Origin: Candidatus Falkowbacteria bacterium RIFOXYA2_FULL_47_19
GTDB taxonomy: Bacteria > Patescibacteriota > Patescibacteriia > Patescibacteriales > UBA12075
Direction: 5' to 3'
Length of the DNA: 64,000 nt
NCBI GenBank assembly: GCA_001780275.1
Contig: MFGB01000016.1
Location: 27,205 to 91,204 of the forward strand
The notes under the pieces are model-generated. The model did no database searches. It saw nothing but the letters and a program-made list of their open reading frames with translations, and was not told the DNA's origin. The translations under genes and the position numbers were made by a program. Below, piece by piece: positions 18,044-28,576 of the stretch; position 1 is the first letter of the stretch; every line of letters begins with the position of its first letter.

Positions 18044-19516
18044 ATGAAAAATTTATTGTATCTGATTTTTTTGATTTTTATTCTTACCAGTAACCCCGTT
18101 AATGTGGCCGGAAAAGATTTTTTCATAGCCGCTTTAGAGAAACGGGCTGACGGTATTTATTTTAGTGATCACAAGATGGACGCTGACCCCGAAACATTTC
18201 AACAATTGGACGTATTTTGGTCTAAAGACAAAAATAAAGTTTTTTATAGATGGCACGTTGTTGACGTGGCGGATCCGGGTAGTTTTGAAGCTATAAATTA
18301 TCAGATAGGAAAAGATAAATATAATGTATATTGGAATAGTCAGTTTTCTGAGGGTATCCACGCAATCAAGGATGCCGATCCAAAAACGTTTGTTTTATGT
18401 GGACCGACAAGCGTTTATGCTTACGACAAAGAACGTGTTTTTTATATTTCGAGCGAAACGGCCGATGGTCAGGAGATAAAGGGAACCGACAAAGAAAGTT
18501 TCGAGATTTTACGGGGGAGCTACTCAAAAGATAAAAATAATGTATACTACAAAAATGAAATAGTTGAATCGGCTGATCCGGATTCATTTAAGGTGATTCA
18601 GGGTTCGGTTACTGATTTTACTAATTACAGTATTGATAGCCATTACGTATATTGTCACGGTAAAAAACTTGATAATTCTGACGCAAAAACATTTGAAATT
18701 ATTAATCAGTATAACGCCAAAGATAAAAATAATGTTTATACCAATAATTTGTTTGAATGCAATATAATGACCGGCGCTGACCCCGGTTCTTATGTTGATT
18801 TAAGCAGGAATTATAAAAAAGATAAAAATAATGTTTATTTCGGATATTGGGGAGATATAATCGAAAATGCTGATCCGGAAAGCCTCGAATTAATCCAGGA
18901 TATTTATAGCAAAGATAAAAATAATGTTTATCTTATGGCCGATGTAATAGAAGGCGCCGACCCCAAAACATTCCGTTATCTGAATTATGGCTATAGTCTG
19001 GACGCTAATAATGTTTTTTACATGGATAAAGCGATCAAGGGCGCGGATATAAATTCATTCAGGGTTGTTAAGGAAAAATATGCAGCTGACAGCTTTGCGA
19101 ATTATTTTCAGGATATCGTGATATCAAGGAACGGTAAAACGCACGATATAAAAAATAAAATAATGCACGATCGTTTGCGCGGGAGAATATTACTGGAAAC
19201 AGAAAAAAACGGAGAGGCTTGGTATGTTTCGCCGGATTTAAATAAAGCATATTATCTTGGCCTGCCATTGGACGCCTTTGCCGTTATGCGCGAATTGGGG
19301 CTTGGTATTTCCGAAACTAATTATAATTCCTTTAAAGGTTACGCGCCGCAAAAATTGAGCGGCAAAATAATTTTAAGGACCGAGGCTATGGGCGAAGCTT
19401 ATTATGTAAACCCCCCGGATTTAAAAATGCATTACCTGGGCCGGCCAGCTGACGCTTTCCGGGTTATGCGAGAGCTGGGGCTTGGAATATCTAGCGAGGA
19501 TTTTGACAATCTATAA
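18044..19516 (+). CDS. secreted DKNNVY-repeat (DKNYY-like) protein with two C-terminal GEAWYV modules
   Basis: Likely start is MKNLLYLIFLIF at 18044; the track ORF starts at 18017. At least 8 repeats of the type ..SKDKNNVYY..ADP.SF... The C-terminus carries GRILLETEKNGEAWYVSPDLNKAYYLGLPLDAFAVMRELGLGIS and GKIILRTEAMGEAYYVNPPDLKMHYLGRPADAFRVMRELGLGIS. The gene is AT-rich. Confidence 0.75.
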   Translation: MKNLLYLIFLIFILTSNPVNVAGKDFFIAALEKRADGIYFSDHKMDADPETFQQLDVFWSKDKNKVFYRWHVVDVADPGSFEAINYQIGKDKYNVYWNSQFSEGIHAIKDADPKTFVLCGPTSVYAYDKERVFYISSETADGQEIKGTDKESFEILRGSYSKDKNNVYYKNEIVESADPDSFKVIQGSVTDFTNYSIDSHYVYCHGKKLDNSDAKTFEIINQYNAKDKNNVYTNNLFECNIMTGADPGSYVDLSRNYKKDKNNVYFGYWGDIIENADPESLELIQDIYSKDKNNVYLMADVIEGADPKTFRYLNYGYSLDANNVFYMDKAIKGADINSFRVVKEKYAADSFANYFQDIVISRNGKTHDIKNKIMHDRLRGRILLETEKNGEAWYVSPDLNKAYYLGLPLDAFAVMRELGLGISETNYNSFKGYAPQKLSGKIILRTEAMGEAYYVNPPDLKMHYLGRPADAFRVMRELGLGISSEDFDNL

Positions 19517-19619
19517 ATTGCCCCGCGGTAAAGAACGCATTTATTCGGCGTTCCCTTATTTTTTTAATTTACTTTTAATTATTTTTTTATTAAATTTATA
19601 TAGTTAATCATTTTTTAGT

Positions 19620-20261
19620 ATGCTGAAAAATAAACATTTTTATTTAATAGTTTTTGGGCTAGCCGTTCTGTTTTTTGCTGTTATTTTTTGGGGAAAACCG
19701 GCTGTAAACGGCCGGGTGGCGGATAATAACCAAAATTCGATTGGAAAAGCGCCGCTCGGAAGGGGCCCGGAGCCTACACAATATGTTTCCGGAACCGGCA
19801 CCCCGGAAGCGCATCATTGGGAAACAGAATTTAAAGATATTGATTCGATCCCTGTTTGGCCGGAGCAAATATATAGCGAAGCCGACTATGAAGGCTGGCA
19901 GACTTTTATGTATGAAGACTTGGGATATACATTAAAGTATCCGCCTGATTGGCGGATTGAGGATCAGAGAGAAGGTTCAACAGCTAAAGCGGTTTATTTT
20001 AAACCGCATAATCCGGAGCCGTTTATGGGTTATTTCGGGGTGAGTTTAGAATTGCGGTCGCTTGAGTTAGCAAGAAAAACTTTGTACGGCAAAGAAGAGA
20101 AGATTATATTTAATGGGCATAAGGCTTTTCAATTTACGTACGATAATCATGCACGAATAATAATTATTCCATATAAAGGTAAAATTTTAAGCATTGGAAC
20201 CGACAAACAGGATATGCCAGAAATAAAGCAGATAATGGCCAGTTTTGAGTTCATTGATTAA
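19620..20261 (+). CDS. hypothetical secreted/membrane-anchored protein
   Basis: N-terminal TM/signal helix (FYLIVFGLAVLFFAVIFWG), 213 aa, AT-rich. Confidence 0.55.
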   Translation: MLKNKHFYLIVFGLAVLFFAVIFWGKPAVNGRVADNNQNSIGKAPLGRGPEPTQYVSGTGTPEAHHWETEFKDIDSIPVWPEQIYSEADYEGWQTFMYEDLGYTLKYPPDWRIEDQREGSTAKAVYFKPHNPEPFMGYFGVSLELRSLELARKTLYGKEEKIIFNGHKAFQFTYDNHARIIIIPYKGKILSIGTDKQDMPEIKQIMASFEFID

Positions 20262-20528
20262 TTATACTGAAAACAAAAACCAAACCCAAAAGATTAAGGA
20301 GGAGTATCGCTCTTTGAAAAAATTATAACCAAAAGAAAAGGAGATGAAAGATGAGAACAAGATAAATCCTTAAACCACACGTTCATTTTAAAAACCATCG
20401 GGCGACGCGTCAGGCGTCGCTTTTTTGTTTGGGATATTAAAATATTTATGCGATTTTAACGCCATTCAAATATTTTACCTGTATATTAATTTTGTAAATA
20501 AGTCTTAATCTTCGGATTATTCAAAAAT

Positions 20529-21740
20529 ATGAAATCTGATTCTAAAATTTTTATTATTGTGATTATTTTGGCGGTTTTAGTAAGCTCCTTGTTCGGTTCT
20601 TTGGCTGGATTCTGGTCGGCGGCGAAGATAACCGCGGATATAGATTTATCCCGTGCTTTCGTTCCGGAAGTATTCCGGGCGGTAGCTGATACGGACGCCG
20701 GGACTGAGGCCGTGGCGTTAGGACAGGAAGCAGCCGTAATCGCGGCCGTCGACAGGGTTTCGCCGGCCGTGGTCTCGATCATTGTTACTAAGAGTTTACC
20801 GGTGATCGAACGCTATTATATAATGCCTGACGAGGATGGTTATTTGAGCGTTCCGGAGCGCAGGCGGGAAGAAACCGTCGAAAGGGAGATCGGGGGCGGA
20901 TCGGGTTTTTTGATCGCGGCCGACGGATATATAATCACGAATAATCACGTTGTGGCCGATACGGCGGCGAGCTATACGGTTCTCTTGAATGACGGCTCGA
21001 AGCATGAAGCAACGGTACTGGCGAACGACCCGGCAACCGATCTGGCGGTCATTAAGATCGAGGCCGGGGATTTGCCGGTCGTTACCCTGGGAGAGAGCGC
21101 CGATCTTAAGGTCGGCCAATCGGTAATAGCGATCGGCAATTCTTTGGGTGAATTTCGGAATACGGTCTCGAACGGGATCATATCCGGCTTATCGCGTCAG
21201 GTAACGGCCGGAGGCACCGGCGGCGCTGAAGAGCTTTTCGGGGCGATCCAGACCGACGCTTCGATAAACCCCGGTAATTCCGGCGGGCCTCTGGTAGATC
21301 TCTCCGGCGAGGTCATCGGTATAAATACGGCCATGGCCTTGGGCGCGGAGAATATCGGATTTGCCATTCCGGTCGATGCGATCAGGGATGTTTACGAAAG
21401 CGTCCGCGCGATCGGCCGGGTAATACGGCCTTGGCTTGGGGTGCGCTATATCACGCTCGACGAAGCGATCGCCGCTGAAAACGGCCTGGATCGGAGCGAG
21501 GGCGCCTGGATAGTCGAGGATACGCCCGGGGAGCCGTCCGTAGTTCCCGGTTCTCCGGCCGACAAAGCGGGCCTTAAACCCGGAGATTTAATTATCGAGC
21601 TCGACGGTGAACGGATAAATAAGGGAAACCCGCTGTCTTTGATATTAAGAAAGCGGAAGCCGGGGGATGAAGTGTCGATCAGGCTAATGCGGCAGGGAAA
21701 GGAAACAACGGTGGTGGCGGTTTTGGAAGAGATGAAATGA
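20529..21740 (+). CDS. HtrA/DegP-family serine protease with a PDZ domain
   Basis: N-terminal TM segment. TNNHVV (His), DLAVIK (Asp) and GNSGGPL (Ser) form the catalytic triad context. C-terminal PDZ domain (GSPADKAGLKPGDLIIELDG). Confidence 0.92.
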   Translation: MKSDSKIFIIVIILAVLVSSLFGSLAGFWSAAKITADIDLSRAFVPEVFRAVADTDAGTEAVALGQEAAVIAAVDRVSPAVVSIIVTKSLPVIERYYIMPDEDGYLSVPERRREETVEREIGGGSGFLIAADGYIITNNHVVADTAASYTVLLNDGSKHEATVLANDPATDLAVIKIEAGDLPVVTLGESADLKVGQSVIAIGNSLGEFRNTVSNGIISGLSRQVTAGGTGGAEELFGAIQTDASINPGNSGGPLVDLSGEVIGINTAMALGAENIGFAIPVDAIRDVYESVRAIGRVIRPWLGVRYITLDEAIAAENGLDRSEGAWIVEDTPGEPSVVPGSPADKAGLKPGDLIIELDGERINKGNPLSLILRKRKPGDEVSIRLMRQGKETTVVAVLEEMK

Positions 21741-21804
21741 TGCGACACATGACCAATGTGGCCTAACTAGTAAAACATGCTCTGTTTTCTAAATTCTAAT
21801 CTAT

Positions 21805-21833
21805 AAAAAAGCAACGAGGGTCGTTGCTTTTAT
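21805..21833. terminator. bidirectional terminator between convergent genes
   Basis: AAAAGCAACGA-ggg-TCGTTGCTTTT, flanked by A and T runs. Confidence 0.75.
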
Positions 21834-21862
21834 AATGCGCGTTGGGAGTTATAAGGGGAAGA

Positions 21863-23089
21863 CTATGAGAGGGAAAATTCGCCTTTTTCATAAATAATCC
21901 TGGTCTGGCCGTTTTTAAGATGGGCCGTGACGCGCTTCGGTTCCGTGTTGACGAGGTCCCAATGCAGGGCCGAATCGTTGAAGCCGAGTCTTTGTTTTTG
22001 CGCTTTGGTAAATTTCGATACGTCGCCGTCGTAAGAGTCGGCGTAAGCCGAGCCGACCGCGATGTGGCAGTTGCCGTGTTTTCCGCCGAAGTTCTCGTCA
22101 AAGAGGGTATTGGCCATGAATTTATCGATATTGGAGAAACGGGTATCGGTCAGGCTGAATTCACCGACCTGGTTTGCGCCCTTGTCCAGGGCGAGCTGTT
22201 TTTGGACGAATTTTTCCCCGGCCGTCGCTTTAACGGCGACAGCCGAACCGTTTTTGAATTCCAGGCGCACGCCTTCGACTAAATTGCCGTTCCGATAAGA
22301 GGGCAGGTTGGCGTAGAATACGCCCGCGGTGCCGCGCCAGTCAGGCGACAGGAATAGTTCGAAGCTCGGGATATTGCAGCCGCGTCCGCCCAGCCATTGG
22401 CGTTTTTCCCCGGGAACGATCTTTAGGTCGGTATTTTTCGATTCGACATGGAAGAAAACGGTCTGCCGGGTTGTTTTATTCAGGATTTTCATGAATTCGT
22501 TTTGCCTTTTAGCGATTTCGGTCCATTTTGCGATCGGATCCTTATCGTTTAAAAAGCAGGCCTTGACGATCTGGCCGGTAAAATCCTTAAGCGTCAGGCC
22601 CGCTTCTTTGGCCGTGGCCGCGGTCGGCAGGTAAGTCAGGGTCCAGCCTAAAAGGCCGCGGGCCTGCCGGTTAAAACGGGCAACGGTCGTAAAGCGCAGG
22701 GCTAATTCGCGCGCGCCGATCTTTTTCGGGTCGATATCCTTAAGGTGAGTGATCGACTCCGGCGCCCGGAGCATGATGAGGCCGTTAAGATTGTCGTATA
22801 ATTCTTTCGTGCCCGGCGAGACGAATTTTAACTGTGAGGCATCGGCAAGTTTGTAATAATCGTAATCCATGGCGTGGGGATGGTTTATTTTCACGACCGG
22901 GTTCAATCCGTCTTTGATGAGCTTGGCGTTTATTTTCCGTGCCAGGTCAAGGGCGGCCAGGTCGGTTATGACCAGAACGATATCTCCGCGCCGATACCTT
23001 CCTGTCCGGGACGTTTTCATCCCCCAAACCAGGGAAGCGGCCAGATTATCGAGCTGTTTTTCCGTAAAAAGCTGTTTTGTGGTTTCCAT
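21863..23089 (-). CDS. M29-family aminopeptidase (AmpS/PepS-like)
   Basis: 408 aa. C-terminal HIAVGSAYADSY...ALHWDLV resembles the M29 metal-binding region. Confidence 0.75.
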   Translation of the reverse strand: METTKQLFTEKQLDNLAASLVWGMKTSRTGRYRRGDIVLVITDLAALDLARKINAKLIKDGLNPVVKINHPHAMDYDYYKLADASQLKFVSPGTKELYDNLNGLIMLRAPESITHLKDIDPKKIGARELALRFTTVARFNRQARGLLGWTLTYLPTAATAKEAGLTLKDFTGQIVKACFLNDKDPIAKWTEIAKRQNEFMKILNKTTRQTVFFHVESKNTDLKIVPGEKRQWLGGRGCNIPSFELFLSPDWRGTAGVFYANLPSYRNGNLVEGVRLEFKNGSAVAVKATAGEKFVQKQLALDKGANQVGEFSLTDTRFSNIDKFMANTLFDENFGGKHGNCHIAVGSAYADSYDGDVSKFTKAQKQRLGFNDSALHWDLVNTEPKRVTAHLKNGQTRIIYEKGEFSLS

Positions 23090-23193
23090 ATGTTTTTAAG
23101 TTGGTTAATTCGCTATTATTATTGTAAAACAAAATACGATTTTGTCAAACAGAAAATTAAAAAACGGCGGTTTTAAAGCGCCGTTCGTGTTTT

Positions 23194-25836
23194 TCAGATT
23201 TTTGAAATGATTTCATATAATTTGTCCGAAGGTTCCGATTTCAGTAATCGATCGATCGCTTTTCTCATGAGTTCTTTCCGGACAGGATCGAGCCGGCCGT
23301 AATTTTCGAAGGCCCGTTTTGCCAGATTAGCGGCTATCAGATGGTTGAATTTATCGATCGACGCGATTTTGGCGGCGATGAATTCGTATCCCTCTCCCGC
23401 CGGATCGTGGTATTTCGGGTTTCCGAGGAAAGAGAAAAGCAGAACGTGGATCTTATTGGGATTTTTCCGATCATATACCGGATCGTTTTCGGCCGTTTTT
23501 ATCCATTCCAGGACGCCCGGAAGCTCGCTTATCGCTTGCGCGCAAAGCCAATCGTCGATCGCCAAAGTATCGAGGCGCCAATCGGCATAGAAGCGTTCGA
23601 AAACCGTTTTTCTTTCCTTGCACCTTATATTGGTAAGGCAATACAGCACCGCTACCCGGTCGGTCATGTTATCGGCATTGGCGAACTGACTGCAAGCCAG
23701 TTCAATATATTCTTTTTTTCCCAGTAAGGCGAGATAGCACAAGGCTTTATTTTTGAGCGCTCGTCCGGCGATAGCTTCCCGATCATGGGCATAGGGCCGG
23801 CCGTCATTAAGGCTGTCGTAGATCGTTTTCAGTTTTTTTTCGTGGGCGCGGGCGATGCCCCGAATGAGGTGATTCCGGGCGCGGGCAACGGCGTTAAAAT
23901 CGCAAATTTCCATGTTTTCCAGAAGCTCTTTCTCCGAAGGCGGAGTCAGGGCAAGCGCCACGAAATCCTTGTCCAGAAAGCGGTCATCCAATAGCCGGCC
24001 GTAAGCGAAGATCAAGGCCGGATCAGCGGACGGCTCTTCACCTTTTTGGATGTGAGCGATCGATCTTTCGAGGTCCAGGACGGCAAATCTTTGTCCGGCT
24101 TCGTAGCGATTAAAAGGATCAGAATCGTACGCCATCAGGAAGGCTAATTCTTCCGGGGTATAATCGTAGAACAGCTTGACGGGGGCGGAGAAATTCCGCA
24201 AGAGCGACGGAATCGGTTTTTCCGTTATTCCCTTAAAAATGAAAGTCTGCCGTTTTTCATAGACCGTCAGGACCTTGGTCGCGAGCGCCGGGACAGAATC
24301 CGTTTCGCCTTTGAGGCGAAGCGACATATCCCGTCCTTTGGAATTAAGGAGTCCTACGGCCAGTGGAAAATAAAACGGTTTTTTATCGCTGCATTCCGGT
24401 GTGGGCGGGCAGTTTTGTTCGACTGTCAGCGAATAGGTTTTTCGCTTTTTGTCGTATTCGGTGCGAACGCGGCAAACCGGCGTGCCGGCCTGGTGGTACC
24501 AAGTTTCCCGGAACCGGGAAAGGTCCCGGCCGGAAGCTGTTTCCATGGCGGTTACGAAATCTTCGGTAGTAGCCGCCTGTCCGCGGTGATTGATTACATA
24601 AATTTTTATGCCGCGAAGATAATCTTCTTCTCCGACGAGCGTATGTATCATCCGGACAACCTCGGCGCCTTTACGGTAGGTGGTCGCGGTGTATAAATTA
24701 TCGAAAGATATCGCTTCCGACGGTTTTATGGGGGCCGCACCCGGGCCGGCATCTTCGGTAAACTGGTAATTCCTTAATCGATTTACGTCATCTATCCTTT
24801 TTATCGGCGCGGAGGCGGTTTCGGCCATGTAGGTTTGATCGGTAAAGACGGCCAACCCTTCCTTTAAAGTAAGCTGGAACCAGTCCCGGACGGTTACGAG
24901 GTTTCCGAACCAGTAATGGTCGGATTCGTGGTTGATGATCGCGGCGATATTCTGGTAATCAGAGTCGGTAGCTGTGGCTGGATCGGCTAAAATATAGCGA
25001 GAGCTGAAAATATTCAAGCCGGTGTTTTCCATGGCGCCGGCATTGAAGGAATCCGCCGCTACGATCATGTAAAGATCAAGAAGGTACGGCAGGCCGTATT
25101 TGTTTTCGAACCAGGAGAGTGAATCCTTCAGACATTCGAGGGCGTATTTCGTCCGGTTTTCGCTGCCGGAGTCAACGTAAATTCGCAATTCGATCAGGCG
25201 TCCGTTTTTTGCGGCGTATTTACCCTTGATCACGCCCAGGTTGCCGGCCACGGCGGCGAACAGATAACATGGCTTCGGAAAAGGATCGGACCAGATTGCG
25301 TAATGCCTGCCTGCCGGCAATTGACCGGTTTCGATCTCGTTGCCGTTTGACAGAAGTACGGGATATTTTTCCCGATCGGCTTCCAGGCGGACCGTATAGA
25401 CGCTAAGAACGTCCGGCCGGTCCGGAAAGTAGGTAATACGGCGGAAACAATCGGATTCGCATTGCGTACAGAGGATATTTCCTGATTTGTACAAGCCTTC
25501 GCAGGATTCGTTCGCGAAAGGGTCGATTCTGACTTCGGTTTCGAGGACGAAAGTTTTCTTTTTTGGTATATCCAGTATGACCAGATGATCCCTGGAAACC
25601 AAAAAACCAGATGGCGGTATTTTCCGGCCGTCGATCTTTAACGTTAAAAGTTCCATATTCTTGCCGTCAAGCAGGACGGGCGATCCTGATTTTCCCGTTT
25701 TGGCCGTGAACAGGAATCTGCCCGTTACGACCGCGTGGTCATCGTTGATGGAAATTGTCAGGCGAGTTTCCGTAATTTCAAAAGGATAAGGACGATAATC
25801 CGCCAGCCGTGTTTTTTCCGGTTTGTTTTCGTTCAT
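23194..25836 (-). CDS. pepN: aminopeptidase N (M1 family)
   Basis: GAMEN exopeptidase motif (NAGAMENTGLNIF). HESDHYWFGN is the HExxH motif, with a downstream E (LKEGLAVF). Length is 880 aa. Confidence 0.92.
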   Translation of the reverse strand: MNENKPEKTRLADYRPYPFEITETRLTISINDDHAVVTGRFLFTAKTGKSGSPVLLDGKNMELLTLKIDGRKIPPSGFLVSRDHLVILDIPKKKTFVLETEVRIDPFANESCEGLYKSGNILCTQCESDCFRRITYFPDRPDVLSVYTVRLEADREKYPVLLSNGNEIETGQLPAGRHYAIWSDPFPKPCYLFAAVAGNLGVIKGKYAAKNGRLIELRIYVDSGSENRTKYALECLKDSLSWFENKYGLPYLLDLYMIVAADSFNAGAMENTGLNIFSSRYILADPATATDSDYQNIAAIINHESDHYWFGNLVTVRDWFQLTLKEGLAVFTDQTYMAETASAPIKRIDDVNRLRNYQFTEDAGPGAAPIKPSEAISFDNLYTATTYRKGAEVVRMIHTLVGEEDYLRGIKIYVINHRGQAATTEDFVTAMETASGRDLSRFRETWYHQAGTPVCRVRTEYDKKRKTYSLTVEQNCPPTPECSDKKPFYFPLAVGLLNSKGRDMSLRLKGETDSVPALATKVLTVYEKRQTFIFKGITEKPIPSLLRNFSAPVKLFYDYTPEELAFLMAYDSDPFNRYEAGQRFAVLDLERSIAHIQKGEEPSADPALIFAYGRLLDDRFLDKDFVALALTPPSEKELLENMEICDFNAVARARNHLIRGIARAHEKKLKTIYDSLNDGRPYAHDREAIAGRALKNKALCYLALLGKKEYIELACSQFANADNMTDRVAVLYCLTNIRCKERKTVFERFYADWRLDTLAIDDWLCAQAISELPGVLEWIKTAENDPVYDRKNPNKIHVLLFSFLGNPKYHDPAGEGYEFIAAKIASIDKFNHLIAANLAKRAFENYGRLDPVRKELMRKAIDRLLKSEPSDKLYEIISKI

Positions 25837-25969
25837 TTTGCCCCCTTTTCGGGAAAATAAATTTATCGTTTAAATTGTTAAACAGCGTTTAAGCTATGAA
25901 TTTATCATAAAGTTTCGGATTTGTCAATTTGATTTTTTAATCCATCATGCTATATTATATACATACTTT

Positions 25970-27067
25970 ATGGAAAATTTGCTGAAAAACATCGAAGAAT
26001 TGCGCGAACGCCTGGCTGCCACCCGTCGGCTTTTGGATATTGATGAAAAGAAGATAGAAGTAAGTAGCAAGAAGTTAGAAATTAATAAACCTGATTTTTG
26101 GAATAACCGCGAAAGAGCGGTGGAAATAAGTAAAAACGTGGAGTCATTAGAAGCGGAGATCGGGGAATGGGATGAATTTTCCGCGGAAGTCAACGATCTG
26201 GAAGAACTCACGGCGATGGCGGCCGCCGAGGGAGATACCTCGGTCGAGGCGGATGTCAATAAAAAATACGAAGAGCTGAAAAAGAAATTCGAACGGCTGG
26301 AGTTTTATATACTGTTTTCAGGTAAATACGACCAAGGGAACGCGATCCTGTCGGTCCATGCTGGCACGGGCGGGGTGGACGCGCAGGACTGGGCTGAGAT
26401 CCTCGAGCGGATGTTCCTGCGTTTCGCTGAAAAAAAGGGCTGGCGCGCCGAAATGATCGATCGGACGGTCGGCAATGAAGCCGGGATAAAGAGTGTTACC
26501 GTCCATATCAAGGGACGCTGGGCCTACGGGTATCTTCGCGGCGAAGCGGGTGTGCACCGGCTCGTCCGTATAAGCCCGTTTGATGCCGAGGCCATGCGCC
26601 ATACGTCTTTCGCGTTAGTCGAGGTTATCCCAGAATTGCCCGAAGCGGAAGATATCGAGCTTAAAGAGGATGAGTTGCGCGTAGACGTTTATCGTTCAAG
26701 CGGCCCCGGGGGCCAAAGCGTCAATACGACCGATTCGGCCGTGCGCGTAACGCATAAACCCACCGGAATCGTGGTCGCCTGCCAGAACGAACGCAGTCAG
26801 CACCAGAACCGGGAAACGGCCCTTAAAATACTTAAGTCGAAATTATACCAGTTCCAGGAAGAAAAACGCGCCGCCGAAGAAAGGAATATCAGGGGCGAAG
26901 TGCAGAAGGCGGAATGGGGGAAGCAGATCCGGTCATACGTCATGCAGCCTTATAAAATGGTCAAGGACCACCGGACGAATCACGAGACCCAGGACATAGA
27001 CGGCGTTTTAGGGGGTAGTCTCGGGGCTTTTACGGAGTCTTACCTGCGCTGGAAGCGGGAAAAGTAA
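25970..27067 (+). CDS. prfB: peptide chain release factor 2, uninterrupted
   Basis: SPF tripeptide (RISPFDA) and GGQ (SGPGGQSVN). The reading frame is continuous through the region where many bacteria carry the +1 frameshift site. Confidence 0.93.
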   Translation: MENLLKNIEELRERLAATRRLLDIDEKKIEVSSKKLEINKPDFWNNRERAVEISKNVESLEAEIGEWDEFSAEVNDLEELTAMAAAEGDTSVEADVNKKYEELKKKFERLEFYILFSGKYDQGNAILSVHAGTGGVDAQDWAEILERMFLRFAEKKGWRAEMIDRTVGNEAGIKSVTVHIKGRWAYGYLRGEAGVHRLVRISPFDAEAMRHTSFALVEVIPELPEAEDIELKEDELRVDVYRSSGPGGQSVNTTDSAVRVTHKPTGIVVACQNERSQHQNRETALKILKSKLYQFQEEKRAAEERNIRGEVQKAEWGKQIRSYVMQPYKMVKDHRTNHETQDIDGVLGGSLGAFTESYLRWKREK

Positions 27068-27136
27068 GAATAAAGCATTCATTAAAATATTTAAAATAAG
27101 CACATTAAAACTTAAACAGATGAGACAGGGGGCAGT

Positions 27137-28546
27137 ATGGTTTTTATCGGCAAGAAAATAAAACCCAACAGTATACCGTCCATACTGGCAAAGAAATTCC
27201 GCGGCCGGAAAATGATCACCTGTTATTTGGGATCGAACGCGGCCACTCCCACGGCCAGTCTTAAGGCGTTGGCCGCGGCGGCTAAGGAACGCCGGCCGAA
27301 ATTGCCGTTCATACGGCTGGTTCACACCCTACTTCAAGGGCCCGCGCCGCATACCGAACCGGGGCTTGAAGACCGGATCATGAGCTATTCTATTTTTTCC
27401 GGGGAAAATATCAGGCGGGCGGCCAATGAGGGGCGGGCTTTTTATCTGCCCTGTACCTTGCGCAATATCGAAAACATCATTGCTCCCGGAGAGGAATACT
27501 GTCCGGATGTCGCCATATTCAAAGTCAGGCGGCATCCGCAGACGGGCGAATACAGCCTGGGATTATCCGTGGAGGCGCTTCACGCCGCCATAGACCACGC
27601 CAAGGTCGTAATTGCCGAAGAGGATGATTCGATGCCGTTCGTATTAGGACAAAGCGTGGTTGATGCCGATTCGATCGATTATCTCGTGACCGAGGGCGTA
27701 GAACCCGTATATTCCTTTCCGGCTCCGGATTTTGATAATCTCGGGGCCGCGGAAAAGCGTATCGGAGAACAGATCGTGTCCCATTTTATCCGTGACGGCG
27801 TTACTCTCCAGGTCGGGATCGGAAAAATAACCGACGCCGCTATCGGAATGATAAAGAATGCCGGTTTCCGGAATCTGGGCGTACAGACCGAACTCTACGG
27901 TGACGGGCTCATGCTTCTGCAAAAGCTCAATATCATAAATAACCGGCGGAAAAAAGCCAACATGGGTTATAGCACGACCTGCCTGATCATGGGGACCCGG
28001 GAGCTTTACGATTTTACGCATTTAAGGAACGGCGTACAAATGCGCCCGGCCTCTTACACGAACGCCGTGGAAACGATCCGCCGGAACGCTCCCTTCATTT
28101 CGATAAATACGGCGATCGGCGTGGATCTTTTCGGCAATGTGTGGGCCGATTTTATCGATCCGCGCCGTTATTGGAGCGGGATCGGCGGACAACCTGATTT
28201 TATTCGGGCGTTGAGTTCCAGGAATTTCGGAACGCCGATAATCGCCATAAAAAGCCTGGCCGGAAACGGCGAATCAAAGATCGTCCTGGCCGCTCCTCCG
28301 GGAATAAGCCAGACGGCCGCGGCCTATGACGGGGTCGTGATCGTGAATGAATTCGGGGTCGCCGATCTGCGGGGTTTGACCACGGGCAACAAAGCGCTGG
28401 CGATCGCTTCGATCGCTCATCCGAAATTCCGGGAAGGTCTTATCCGGCATATTTACGATGACCCGTTTTTCACCAAACCCCAGGGGTATACGTTTGGTAA
28501 GACGCCCAAAGGCGTTATTATGTATGAGGGTAATATCCCCCTGTAA
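27137..28546 (+). CDS. acetyl-CoA hydrolase/transferase family protein (CoA-transferase)
   Basis: 469 aa. The GIGGQPDF motif and overall layout match the 4-hydroxybutyrate / succinyl-CoA:acetate CoA-transferase family. Confidence 0.8.
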   Translation: MVFIGKKIKPNSIPSILAKKFRGRKMITCYLGSNAATPTASLKALAAAAKERRPKLPFIRLVHTLLQGPAPHTEPGLEDRIMSYSIFSGENIRRAANEGRAFYLPCTLRNIENIIAPGEEYCPDVAIFKVRRHPQTGEYSLGLSVEALHAAIDHAKVVIAEEDDSMPFVLGQSVVDADSIDYLVTEGVEPVYSFPAPDFDNLGAAEKRIGEQIVSHFIRDGVTLQVGIGKITDAAIGMIKNAGFRNLGVQTELYGDGLMLLQKLNIINNRRKKANMGYSTTCLIMGTRELYDFTHLRNGVQMRPASYTNAVETIRRNAPFISINTAIGVDLFGNVWADFIDPRRYWSGIGGQPDFIRALSSRNFGTPIIAIKSLAGNGESKIVLAAPPGISQTAAAYDGVVIVNEFGVADLRGLTTGNKALAIASIAHPKFREGLIRHIYDDPFFTKPQGYTFGKTPKGVIMYEGNIPL

Positions 28547-28576
28547 ATATTTCGTAAAAAGAAGGGAGAGGTGCTT

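Noticed and set aside
20262-20430. SD-like sequences (AAGGAGGAG and AAAGGAG) followed by 4-codon mini-ORFs and a terminator downstream of 19620-20261, considered as a leader-peptide attenuator.
   Set aside because: No regulated gene follows before the terminator, and htrA starts 100 nt later with its own upstream region. The mini-ORFs show no codon pattern. This is probably just a long 3' UTR with its terminator.
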